DNA of 47,371 nt from Candidatus Woesearchaeota archaeon (GTDB taxonomy: Archaea; Nanobdellota; Nanobdellia; Pacearchaeales; GW2011-AR1). The notes beneath the pieces are model-generated. The model ran no database searches. It was not told the origin of the DNA and saw nothing but the letters and a program-made list of their open reading frames with translations. The position numbers and the translations under genes were made by a program. Below, piece by piece: positions 25,720 to 34,842 of this stretch; position 1 is the stretch's first letter; each line of letters begins with the position of its first letter. Where the stretch lies: assembly GCA_012798335.1 (NCBI GenBank), contig JAAZNJ010000004.1:1-47371 (forward strand), read 5' to 3'.

Positions 25720-25796
25720 CTCTCGCTTCGCTCGGGGCAACTAACAAGAATTTAACAGTTCATGATTCGGCTCATCCTCACCCAAATTTTTCTGAT
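25720..25796 (+). repeat. Direct repeat A, right copy
   Basis: 77 nt with 4 mismatches to 19780-19856. Confidence 0.9.
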
Positions 25797-25837
25797 ATAA
25801 TAATGGAGATGATGGCTAACAAAACCTGAAATAGAAA

Positions 25838-25847
25838 GATATTTAAA
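25838..25847 (+). promoter_or_regulatory. Candidate TATA box for rps8e
   Basis: atatttaaac lies 22-31 nt upstream of the ATG at 25869. Confidence 0.3.
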
Positions 25848-25868
25848 CAAAAAATCAAAACTCATATT

Positions 25869-26231
25869 ATGAAGAAAGGAAGAAAAATTACAGGTGGAAA
25901 ATACATAAAGGCTAGAAAGAAAAAACTAAGAGAAAAAGTCGGACAAAAACGAAAAGTAAAATTAGGTGAAGAAAAAAGAAAAGTAAAAAAAGTAAGTGGT
26001 GGAAATCTAAAAGTAATGATGTATTCTGGGAAATATGTTAATGTTCAAGAAAAAGGAAAATCAAAAAAGGTTGAAATAAAAAATGTAATAGAAACACCCT
26101 CTGATAAATTCTTAGCAAGGCAGAATATTATTACAAAAGGGACAATTCTTTTAACAGAGTTAGGAAAAGTAAAAGTAACAAACAGGCCTTCTCAAACAGG
26201 AATAATTAACGGAATACTCATAAAAGAATAA
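25869..26231 (+). CDS. rps8e: 30S ribosomal protein S8e (eS8)
   Basis: GRKITGGKY..ARKKK, GGN.KV, and NIITKGTILLTELGKVKVTNRPSQTGIINGILI fit the eS8 pattern. Confidence 0.8.
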   Translation: MKKGRKITGGKYIKARKKKLREKVGQKRKVKLGEEKRKVKKVSGGNLKVMMYSGKYVNVQEKGKSKKVEIKNVIETPSDKFLARQNIITKGTILLTELGKVKVTNRPSQTGIINGILIKE

Positions 26232-26346
26232 AAAACTTTAATTGAAGGTAAATTTTATTCTAAATTTTTACTTCTTATACATAGCCACAAAAACAGAAAG
26301 GTTTAAAAAAGGAAAAGGTTTATAAATCTTACTGAAGGAGTAAAAA

Positions 26347-27261
26347 ATGGATTTTGTTAAAAGATGCCCTGAATGCGGAAGTGTTAATTTAACTTATGAT
26401 GCTCATTTAGGAGAGATTATCTGTAATGATTGTGGTCTTGTTATAGAAGAAAAGATGACTGATGAAGGAACAGACCTTCAGGGAAAATTTGATAAAGATG
26501 AAAAAAAGGGGAGAGGTGGAGCTCCTATAAGCATGCAAAAATTTGATAAAGGTTTAACAACAAATGTTGGAGAGATTTCTGATATTTACAAATTAGATCC
26601 TGGACAAACAAGAAAATTTTTAAGATTAAAAAAATGGCAAGAAAGAGTTTCAACTTCTATTGAAAGAAATTTAAGATTAGCTATGGCAGAATTAAGAGTT
26701 ATAGCTTCTTATTTGAATCTTCCTAATGTTGTGAGAGATGAAGCTGCAAGAATTTATAACTTTGTTTTACAAAGAGGTATGGTTAGAGGGAGAAGTATGG
26801 AATCTGTAATAGCAGCTTGTTTGTATGCAGCATGTAGAAGTTATAATATTCCAAGAACATTAGATGAAATGGCAACAGCCTCTGATGTAGAAAGAAAAGA
26901 GATAGGAAGAACATATAGATTCATAATAAGAAAATTACAAATAAAAGTAAAGCAAAGTTCTCCAAAAGATTATATTTCAAGATTCTCTTCTGTATTAAAG
27001 TTATCACCTAAAACTCAAAATGATGCTTTGAATGTTTTAAAAAATGCAGAAAAGATAGAATTAACTTCAGGAAGAGGGCCAGCAGGAATTGCTGCTGCTG
27101 CTTTATATGTTGCTGCTTTAATGAACGACGAAAAGAAAACACAAAGAGAAGTTGCAGATATAGCAGGAATAACAGAGGTCACAATTAGAAATAGATACAA
27201 AGAATTAATTGAAAGATTAAATTTACAAGATAAGCTTAAAGATAAAGAACCAAAAGAATAA
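26347..27261 (+). CDS. tfb: Transcription initiation factor IIB (TFB)
   Basis: N-terminal zinc ribbon CPECGS...CNDCG, B-reader/linker, and two cyclin-fold repeats (RGRSMESVIAACLYAACR; GRGPAGIAAAALYVAA...QREVADIAGITEVTIRNRYKEL). Confidence 0.9.
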   Translation: MDFVKRCPECGSVNLTYDAHLGEIICNDCGLVIEEKMTDEGTDLQGKFDKDEKKGRGGAPISMQKFDKGLTTNVGEISDIYKLDPGQTRKFLRLKKWQERVSTSIERNLRLAMAELRVIASYLNLPNVVRDEAARIYNFVLQRGMVRGRSMESVIAACLYAACRSYNIPRTLDEMATASDVERKEIGRTYRFIIRKLQIKVKQSSPKDYISRFSSVLKLSPKTQNDALNVLKNAEKIELTSGRGPAGIAAAALYVAALMNDEKKTQREVADIAGITEVTIRNRYKELIERLNLQDKLKDKEPKE

Positions 27262-27296
27262 ATATTAAAATATTTCTTAATATAAATATAAATTAT

Positions 27297-27380
27297 GCGG
27301 GTGTGCCAGAGCGGTCAAATGGGCGAGATTAAGGCTCTCGTGGCTTAGTGCCTGCAAAGGTTCAAATCCTTTCACCCGCA
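27297..27380 (+). tRNA. tRNA-Leu (type II, long variable arm); anticodon read as AAG
   Basis: Acceptor stem GCGGGTG/CACCCGC plus A73. Anticodon stem CGAGA/TCTCG with loop TTAAGGC. Variable arm TGGCTTAGTGCCTGC. T-arm AAAGG-TTCAAAT-CCTTT. Confidence 0.8.
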
Positions 27381-27404
27381 TTGAAATAAGATTTAAGAAA
27401 AAAA

Positions 27405-28427
27405 TTACATAGAAGAAATAGAATATTTTTGTTTAGGCATCCAAATCATATAAACAGGATGTTTAAGATCAGAAAGATTTTCTTCATAATATCTATAATT
27501 TTTATTTGGGCCATTCCAATCAAAAAGTTTTGCAATTCTCCCCTTTTTATCAACCCACTCTATAAATATTGCATTATGACCTGTATTTTTATCCCAAATA
27601 TAAGAAATTATATCCCCTGTTTGTAACAAATTTAATTTTTCTATTTCATTTAATCCATATTTCAAACAAGAATCTTTATCAGAAGCTACAAGAAAAGGAA
27701 GGTTTAAAGAAGTTTTAGTTGAACTAACAGTATATTTTTTTCCAAGAAGATCAGAATAAACACAAGAAAAAACAACATTTGATTTTTTATAAATAGCATT
27801 AACTGCTTGCCAACAATCATCGCCAACAGATTTAGAATTAACACATAAAGCTAATGTATTAAAAACATTTTTTCTTGCTTCATCATTCAAAGAATTTATT
27901 GAAATTTTTATTCCTTTAAAATTAGCTGTTGAAGAACATTCTAAATTTTTGTCCCCTAAACATTTAGTTGATTCTAAAGTTTGTGGAATAGAATTATTAT
28001 TTAAAGAATAAACTCTGTTTACCTTTGCATTATTATTATAACAAACTTCTTGTCTTTTATACTCGTCTTGGTTATTTTCTATGATTACATCATTACAAGT
28101 GATAGATTCACATTTTTCTATGCTTAATGGATTATTTTTGTTTATACTTGATAAAAAATTACAGGTGATATCTTTTAAAAGAATTTTTTTATTCCCCACT
28201 TCATATTTTAGATTAAATGTAGAATGACAATAATTATCTGTTTGTAAAGAATAACAATAATTTTGACAAGAAGTTGTTACATCCCCTATATTTTCAAGGT
28301 TGCTTAAAAAAGTACCATTTGTTTCAGAATATCTATAAGCAATAACTCCTCCAGCAATTAGAGCTAGAATCAAAGACATTAAAAGGAAATTAAAATCTCC
28401 TCTTTTATTTTTAAAAGACATTATCAT
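27405..28427 (-). CDS. Membrane-anchored or secreted Cys-rich protein with a C-terminal Cys/His papain-fold-like (NlpC/P60- or CHAP-like) module
   Basis: N-terminal TM helix (FNFLLMSLILALIAGGVIAY). The C-terminus GDDCWQAVNAIYKK...GDIISYIWDKNTGHNAIFIEWVDKKGRIAKLFDWNG...HPVYMIWMP is shared with the giant protein upstream. Confidence 0.55.
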   Translation of the reverse strand: MIMSFKNKRGDFNFLLMSLILALIAGGVIAYRYSETNGTFLSNLENIGDVTTSCQNYCYSLQTDNYCHSTFNLKYEVGNKKILLKDITCNFLSSINKNNPLSIEKCESITCNDVIIENNQDEYKRQEVCYNNNAKVNRVYSLNNNSIPQTLESTKCLGDKNLECSSTANFKGIKISINSLNDEARKNVFNTLALCVNSKSVGDDCWQAVNAIYKKSNVVFSCVYSDLLGKKYTVSSTKTSLNLPFLVASDKDSCLKYGLNEIEKLNLLQTGDIISYIWDKNTGHNAIFIEWVDKKGRIAKLFDWNGPNKNYRYYEENLSDLKHPVYMIWMPKQKYSISSM

Positions 28428-28473
28428 AATAAAAATATATAAAAAGAGTTTAAAAGATTATTTATAATTATTA

Positions 28474-31400
28474 TTATGCATTTTGAGAAGAAGGTTTTTT
28501 AACAGGTTTCCAAATCATATAAACCGGATGAGAATCGTCTTTTAATGTAACGAGTTTATAATATCTATAATAATGAACCTTATTTTTGATATCATTCCAA
28601 TCAAATAATTTAGCTATTCTATTCTCTTTATCAAACCAATCTATAAAAATAGCATTATGACCTATATGCTCATTGTATACATAAGATATTATATCTCCAG
28701 GGTTTAAGAGATTTAACTTTTGTTCTTCATTATAATTTTCGTAAAGACATCTGTTTGGATTTACTTGAAGAATCCCATCTTTTGCTCCTGTAACAAGTTT
28801 AGTAACTTTTTCGTATTTTTTCCCTATAGGATCTGAATAAATACATTGAGAATTAAATCCTGCAGATTTATATGCTTGTTGTACAGCATCCCAACAATTT
28901 ATTGCATTTACCTGATTACCCACTTTATTAGATAAAGCATTTATTAAAGAAGATCTATCAGAAGATAAAGAACCAACATTAGTATGGGATACTCCAAAAG
29001 AGGTTATAGTTTCTTCTCCTTTACTTTTTATTGGCATATTAAAGATCCAATTTTTAAAATAATCTCTTAAAGAATTAACAGAGGGTAAGTTTGGAAGATT
29101 GTTTTTTGATATTGGTTTTATTATCATATAAACAGGATGAGAATTATCCGAAAGATTAACTTCAGTTTCTTGGTATTTATTTCCTGAAAAAATATTTCCT
29201 TTATCCCAAGATAATACTTTCGCAATGTGATTTTCAAGATTAGTCCATTCTATAAAAATAACACTATTTGAAGATGAACCATCTTTAACATAAGAAATTA
29301 TATCCCCTTCACTTATTAAATCTAGTTTATTATTTTCTTGTGAAAGAGCATCAAAATCTTCTGGATTTAAAAGACAATTTTCTTTATCAACATAAAAAAG
29401 AGCAGTTTTAGCACTTGAAGTGTATACTGAAAAAGATTTTTGAAATTCATTATTAATATTTTTATAATTTTTCTTATCTTGGTCAGTATAATAACAATAA
29501 GGCGAAACTTCTGCAGACTCATAAATTTTTAAAACAGCCTCTTTTGCATTATTAACAGAAGAAGCTGGTTCTCCATTTAAAGAGATTAAAGAAGAATGGA
29601 CTCTTGTCTCAGCAAAAACAATTAAAGAATTTAAAAAACCAAGAGGAGACCTCTGATCTTCAGAAGAATCTTCTGGTGTAATTATAGAAGAAGTATCTGA
29701 ATTTTGAGAAGTTGAACTATCTGTTGTTTTTAAATTAATCTTACCAATATTCTGATTAGAGTTTATAAATGAGATTAAGAGCCCATTATAAAGCTCTCCT
29801 CTCAACAAAATAAGATTTGCTTTATATTTACTATCATAAACTTTGTCTAAAACATTTGTGATTACATTAATCTTTGAAGGAATATTTCCTTCTTGGTTTA
29901 ATTTGCTAATTAAATCATTTAATTGATCTTCAGTTAATTCTCCTGTTGTATCAAGAAGAGATTTATAAGAATCTTCTAAAGATTTAACAGTTGATTCTTC
30001 AACACTCTTAGATACAATAGCATTTTTAACACTATTTGTATCAAGCCAGCATTTCATATTACCATTTCCACAACCCCCCACTTGTTTCCATCTAGCATTT
30101 TCAGTGTTATAATAAGCATCAATTCCTTCTCCTGGACTTTTAGAAGCACATATTCTTACTATTCCTTGATTTATCCCTGCTGCACATTCTGCTTCTGTTT
30201 TTATATCCTCTTTAGTAGAGATAGATTTAACATACTCATCAGAAAGAAGATTAACTGCAACAGAAGTAGAAGCTTCTTTAAAACCACATACTTCTTGATT
30301 ATTAACAGAAATACATAACTCAGTATATCCCGAATTTCCAATTATATCCTTAGTTTTAGAGAGATAATCTCCATTAGTTACATAACCGCTATCCACGACT
30401 AATGCTGTTGAAGTATCTTGATAATAAGTTTCTTTATTCCTTAAATAGATTTTATAATTTGCTCCACTATCTGTTCCTGCATAAATATGATAATAAACTT
30501 TATACTGAGAGGTTGGATGTTGTGTAACTGTTGTTAAAGGTATTTCATCAAATCTTCCTGTGAATTGTGCAGGTGAATCTGACTTTAATAAACTTTTAAC
30601 AACACTAGAAAAATCTTGGGTAGTAAAAGAAGTATAAAGTTTACAAACTTCGCCTCCAATATTTTCAGAACTTCTTAAAAGAAAAGCTTTTTTAGAATTT
30701 TGTCCATAAGAATTAACAAAATAATCTGCAGCAGATTTTGTGAGTTCCCATGAAGCTTGAACATTAACATATTCTCCACCACCTCTTCCTTTATTTAATA
30801 AAGATTCAACTATTGTAGGAATTCCTAAATCTAAAAGAGGAGAAACTTGTCTCCAAAAAAAATCACAAATATAAAAACTATTAATTTCATCGCAAACACC
30901 AACTGTTTGTCCATTTTGTAAACTTATATTTAAACAATCAGTATAAGATTTTAATACAGAATTTAATGAATCAACTCCTGCTTTAATTCCTGTTAAACAA
31001 ACAGGTAAAATAATTCCTTCTTTAGCATTAGGCAAACATAACATTATACTTCCTAAAATTCCAGATTGCACAACATTATCTACTTTGTATTTTCCTCCAA
31101 AATCACATCTACTTGAAGGACATATTACAGGATCACAAAGATTAAAGATTGTTAAGCAATCTTGATGAGACATAAAGTCTTCACATCTAAATGAACTAGT
31201 ATCTAATTGTGATTTTCCTACTTTAAAGACTTGGTCTAATATCTTAACACTAGAACCTTCTGCTTGATTAGATGCTTTTTGTGCCTGTTGTATTGCACTA
31301 ATTGCTTTTGTAGTTAATCTTACTGATTCTGTTTCTGATAAACCCATAACATACTTATAACTTTCAGAGATGCTTAAGTCTATAAGCTGACAAAGATCAT

Positions 31401-34400
31401 CAACTGACTGAGAATTTCTAAGAGAGAATTCTTCTTTTCCATCTGTCCCAACATTACATAAATAAAAAACATTAATTCTTCCAGAATCTAAAATAGCATT
31501 TTTATTCCCATAAACAAGAGGTTCTATTCCAGCATACCACCCATTTGTTGTGTCAATAGGAACAATTGAAGGTAATTTGTCAGAATCACTAGAATCATAA
31601 TATTTTAATTCAGGATTTTGGTATTTATTAGATAAACTTGCACTTACAAAATAAATGTTATTAAAAGAGAAAGGCAATTTATCAGGATTACCTAAATCAA
31701 GAATTTGAAAGACTCCATTCTCTTTAGTGATTTTATAAATTAAATCTTGATTATTATTTTTTTTAATGAAGTAATTATTCCCTTTCTTCTCTAATACTAT
31801 AACATAAAAGGAGGTATCACTCTTTTCCTTATCAAGATACTCAAATAAATAAACAGGATAATTTTTTCCTTCAAACTGGTTATTCAAGTTTTTTAAGTCT
31901 TCTGAAATTAAACCCAAATAAAGGGTCTTTCCATTAGAATCAGAACTTAAAATTCCAATTTTTTTAGAATCAATTCCAAGGTAATCAGACAAACTTAAAA
32001 TTTGCTCATTAGACACAGAGGTTAAAGAAACTTCATTAATCAAAGATTCTAATTTTGTATTTGCTACTTCTTTTAGATTATCTGAGATGCCTGTTTCACT
32101 CAACATCATTAAATATAAATTTAAATCTCTTGCCTGTTCAAAATTCATTGATTGCTTTAAACCTTCTTGATTTTCTAATAATTTTTTAAGATTTTCTTTT
32201 GTTTTGCTACTTATTCCTGATCCTTCTTTATCAATAATTTTATTTAGTTTGTCTTTGTTTAATAAGAACTCTGTTTTTAATTTTTCTTTATTTATGGTAG
32301 TTGTTTGAGTTCCTAATAAAGAGGTGGTTTCTGATTGATAATCTGGATTGGATTGTTCTTCTTTTATTTCTTTATTAATTTCGTCAATGAATTCAGAAGT
32401 ATCTTGTACATCTTTCTCAATATCTGAAGAATGAGAAGAAAGACAGTTATCCAATGAACTAAATTGAGAAGGATTTTCTTTCATCTCTTTTTGACATTCA
32501 GCATACCAACCAGAACTTCCTTGAACTCCTTTCATAACAAGAAGTCTAGCCATACCTTGACTTGTTGAACCTAAGATGAAATTTTTTATTAAAAGAGTTG
32601 CAGTAGAAACATAACACGCTCCTTTTAAAGGCTCAATAACTGCTTCTAAACCATTAGAAATATTTGACAATAAAGAAATTTTTTCATTTATATTTTTTAT
32701 TAAAGATTTAGTTTGTTCAGGTGTTAATTTAATAGCTCTTTTTTCAATTCCTATCTTAAAACTGAAATTTGCTTGCGACGAAGAAGAGCTTATTGAAGGG
32801 GTTAATGAAACAAAAGCTTCTTTTTTTAAATTAACATTAGAAACAACAATAAAATAATTTCCTATTTTTAATTGATCATTTTTATAAATTTTATAAGTTG
32901 GTTGACTAATCTGTTTTTTAATATTTTCATCTGAAGAGCTAACTTGAACATTAACATAATTTCCTTTTGAATCACTATCTATTGAATTTAGTTGTATTGA
33001 CAAAGGAATATTATATGAATTTAAATCATAAACTCCATTTTTGTTTAATGAAAAAAAAGCTTTATTAGAACCATCATTCACAAAAAAAGTTGCACCATAT
33101 TCTTCAAAAGAAGGTTCAGAGATATAATTTAAAGATATTTTATACAAGTTTTTATTTATTGAAACAAACGCACTATTTGTAGAAGAAGATAATTTTAATT
33201 CATTACAATATTTTTCTTTTAATTCTGAAATGTATAAAGAATTAGGATAATCAGAAAAAAACTGATTGCATAATTTAGAGGTAGTAAATTTTTGATTTGT
33301 ATTATAAGACAAAATAATTTCTTTATACAAGGCTTTTTCTCCTGTATAAACATTTTCATTAGAATTAATAAGAGATTCAGAAGCAAATTCTTTTATTACA
33401 GATTCATAATCCTCTTTTGCTAATTCATAATTATTTTTAATTTCTCCAAACAATTCTTCATCTTTAGGTATATCAAATCCATTAAATACAACAAGTTTCT
33501 CCTGAATTTTATAACCCTCTTTACCTTGTTTTAAAAATTCAATTTCTTGTCCAGAACCGATTTTATAAAAAAAGCTTTGATATAAAAAAGCACCAAAACT
33601 TGTAGCTAAGCTATCTAAAGAAAAAAGTTTTTCATTTTTAAGGTTATTAGCTGAAATTATTTGATTGATTAATGAAGAAAAACCAGCGATTTGATAGCTA
33701 TTTAAACTTTGTGCAGAATTAGAAATTTCTTTGGGTATTTCTCCTAACCAAATAATACTTTCTGGTTTATTATTTGCACTATCTAAAATAACAGAACTAA
33801 CCCCAACAAGATAAACATCTTTATGCTCATCTGAAAAAAGAAAATCTCCAATACCCTTAATGTATTCTGTTCCATCAATAGAAAGGTTTACTTTATAAGA
33901 ATTAAAAAGAAAGTAATCTTTTATACCATTGTCCTCATTGCATCTTATTTTAACAACTTCAGAGTATTTATCAATAGAAGTTATAGAACATTTATTATCA
34001 AGAAATTTATCATTCTGTTTTAAATCTACAATATTAGAATTAATAGAAATTTGGGCTTTAGTTTCAGGGTTTTCTAAATCTTGTAATTTAACTTGTAAAC
34101 CAGTACACCCAAAATCATTAGAATAAATTATTTTAGAATTTTCTCCTTTGGATAAGGTTAAAGAAGATATTTTTCTGTCTTTTGAATCATAAACCCAAAG
34201 AGTTGCTTTATTGTTTTCTAAATTTGCTAGTCTTATATATCCTTTATTATTCCAAAAGCTATATTTATTTTTTAGATTATCCCATTCATAATCATTTGGT
34301 ATTTCTTTTAAATTGATAGAATAATCATTAATTCCAACTTCATCTTTTATGTTGTAAGAAATTCTTGCACTAAGATTTCCTTCTACAAAATCAGGAATCT

Positions 34401-34842
34401 TAGATGTATTTGGTTCTTTTTTTAATAGAATTTTTATATAACCCGGATTTTTTAAATCAGATTGAACTCCTGTTAAAGCAGAATATGCAGGATAATAAGA
34501 AACACTACTTATCTCTTTAGAATGATTTCCTGAAAAAGATACACTTTTTATTCCAGAAACATCAACTAAAGGATTAATCTGATAAAGATTAATCTTACAA
34601 TAGACAGGCACATCATTTTCTTCAAGTAAATCGTCTCTTACAATTTCTGGAGAGCACTGTAAAGGAGAAACAAATGCTATAAAATCTTCTCCTTGATTGC
34701 ATTGATAAATTGGAGAACTCTCTGTGTTAGAGTTATCATTCTTTTGAGTTGTAAAAAAATCTGAAATTGTTGCTGAAAATACTAAATTAGAAAATAAAAT
34801 AATAAAAAATACCAAAAATAAATAGTTTATTTTTTTTATCAT
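28474..34842 (-). CDS. Giant secreted surface protein (2122 aa) with a central Cys-rich region and two C-terminal Cys/His-module copies, the first degenerate
   Basis: Signal-peptide-like start MIKKINYLFLVFFIILFSNLVFSA. An uninterrupted 6.4-kb ORF in an AT-rich genome. Module copies lie at ~29110-29553 (no Cys/His) and ~28501-28899 (NCWDAV...GHNAIFIDW...LFDWN). Confidence 0.8.
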   Translation of the reverse strand: MIKKINYLFLVFFIILFSNLVFSATISDFFTTQKNDNSNTESSPIYQCNQGEDFIAFVSPLQCSPEIVRDDLLEENDVPVYCKINLYQINPLVDVSGIKSVSFSGNHSKEISSVSYYPAYSALTGVQSDLKNPGYIKILLKKEPNTSKIPDFVEGNLSARISYNIKDEVGINDYSINLKEIPNDYEWDNLKNKYSFWNNKGYIRLANLENNKATLWVYDSKDRKISSLTLSKGENSKIIYSNDFGCTGLQVKLQDLENPETKAQISINSNIVDLKQNDKFLDNKCSITSIDKYSEVVKIRCNEDNGIKDYFLFNSYKVNLSIDGTEYIKGIGDFLFSDEHKDVYLVGVSSVILDSANNKPESIIWLGEIPKEISNSAQSLNSYQIAGFSSLINQIISANNLKNEKLFSLDSLATSFGAFLYQSFFYKIGSGQEIEFLKQGKEGYKIQEKLVVFNGFDIPKDEELFGEIKNNYELAKEDYESVIKEFASESLINSNENVYTGEKALYKEIILSYNTNQKFTTSKLCNQFFSDYPNSLYISELKEKYCNELKLSSSTNSAFVSINKNLYKISLNYISEPSFEEYGATFFVNDGSNKAFFSLNKNGVYDLNSYNIPLSIQLNSIDSDSKGNYVNVQVSSSDENIKKQISQPTYKIYKNDQLKIGNYFIVVSNVNLKKEAFVSLTPSISSSSSQANFSFKIGIEKRAIKLTPEQTKSLIKNINEKISLLSNISNGLEAVIEPLKGACYVSTATLLIKNFILGSTSQGMARLLVMKGVQGSSGWYAECQKEMKENPSQFSSLDNCLSSHSSDIEKDVQDTSEFIDEINKEIKEEQSNPDYQSETTSLLGTQTTTINKEKLKTEFLLNKDKLNKIIDKEGSGISSKTKENLKKLLENQEGLKQSMNFEQARDLNLYLMMLSETGISDNLKEVANTKLESLINEVSLTSVSNEQILSLSDYLGIDSKKIGILSSDSNGKTLYLGLISEDLKNLNNQFEGKNYPVYLFEYLDKEKSDTSFYVIVLEKKGNNYFIKKNNNQDLIYKITKENGVFQILDLGNPDKLPFSFNNIYFVSASLSNKYQNPELKYYDSSDSDKLPSIVPIDTTNGWYAGIEPLVYGNKNAILDSGRINVFYLCNVGTDGKEEFSLRNSQSVDDLCQLIDLSISESYKYVMGLSETESVRLTTKAISAIQQAQKASNQAEGSSVKILDQVFKVGKSQLDTSSFRCEDFMSHQDCLTIFNLCDPVICPSSRCDFGGKYKVDNVVQSGILGSIMLCLPNAKEGIILPVCLTGIKAGVDSLNSVLKSYTDCLNISLQNGQTVGVCDEINSFYICDFFWRQVSPLLDLGIPTIVESLLNKGRGGGEYVNVQASWELTKSAADYFVNSYGQNSKKAFLLRSSENIGGEVCKLYTSFTTQDFSSVVKSLLKSDSPAQFTGRFDEIPLTTVTQHPTSQYKVYYHIYAGTDSGANYKIYLRNKETYYQDTSTALVVDSGYVTNGDYLSKTKDIIGNSGYTELCISVNNQEVCGFKEASTSVAVNLLSDEYVKSISTKEDIKTEAECAAGINQGIVRICASKSPGEGIDAYYNTENARWKQVGGCGNGNMKCWLDTNSVKNAIVSKSVEESTVKSLEDSYKSLLDTTGELTEDQLNDLISKLNQEGNIPSKINVITNVLDKVYDSKYKANLILLRGELYNGLLISFINSNQNIGKINLKTTDSSTSQNSDTSSIITPEDSSEDQRSPLGFLNSLIVFAETRVHSSLISLNGEPASSVNNAKEAVLKIYESAEVSPYCYYTDQDKKNYKNINNEFQKSFSVYTSSAKTALFYVDKENCLLNPEDFDALSQENNKLDLISEGDIISYVKDGSSSNSVIFIEWTNLENHIAKVLSWDKGNIFSGNKYQETEVNLSDNSHPVYMIIKPISKNNLPNLPSVNSLRDYFKNWIFNMPIKSKGEETITSFGVSHTNVGSLSSDRSSLINALSNKVGNQVNAINCWDAVQQAYKSAGFNSQCIYSDPIGKKYEKVTKLVTGAKDGILQVNPNRCLYENYNEEQKLNLLNPGDIISYVYNEHIGHNAIFIDWFDKENRIAKLFDWNDIKNKVHYYRYYKLVTLKDDSHPVYMIWKPVKKPSSQNA

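Larger units (their letters stand above)
19496..25796. mobile_element. Foreign genomic island or cassette array (integrase remnant + 7 plus-strand cargo genes + repeat-bearing spacers)
   Basis: Inserted between core genes (Sm-like, rps8e). The sequence is visibly richer in G+C. GAGG-type ribosome-binding sites are present. Nested direct repeats are A at 19780-19856 / 25720-25796 and B at 21909-22006 / 24620-24717. Confidence 0.65.

Noticed and set aside
19496-25868. SSV-type integration in which the integrase gene is split into int(C) and int(N) halves at the two ends of the element
   Set aside because: No int(N)-like reading frame exists at the right border (25671-25868, both strands checked by eye). 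The orientation and position of the C-terminal fragment (reading outward at the left end) also do not fit that model.
26320-26341. TFB promoter and RBS call (TTTATAAAT at 26320-26328 plus AGGAG at 26337-26341)
   Set aside because: The two signals are mutually awkward. A TATA box at that distance predicts a transcription start at or after the SD-like motif, so I did not list either as a feature.
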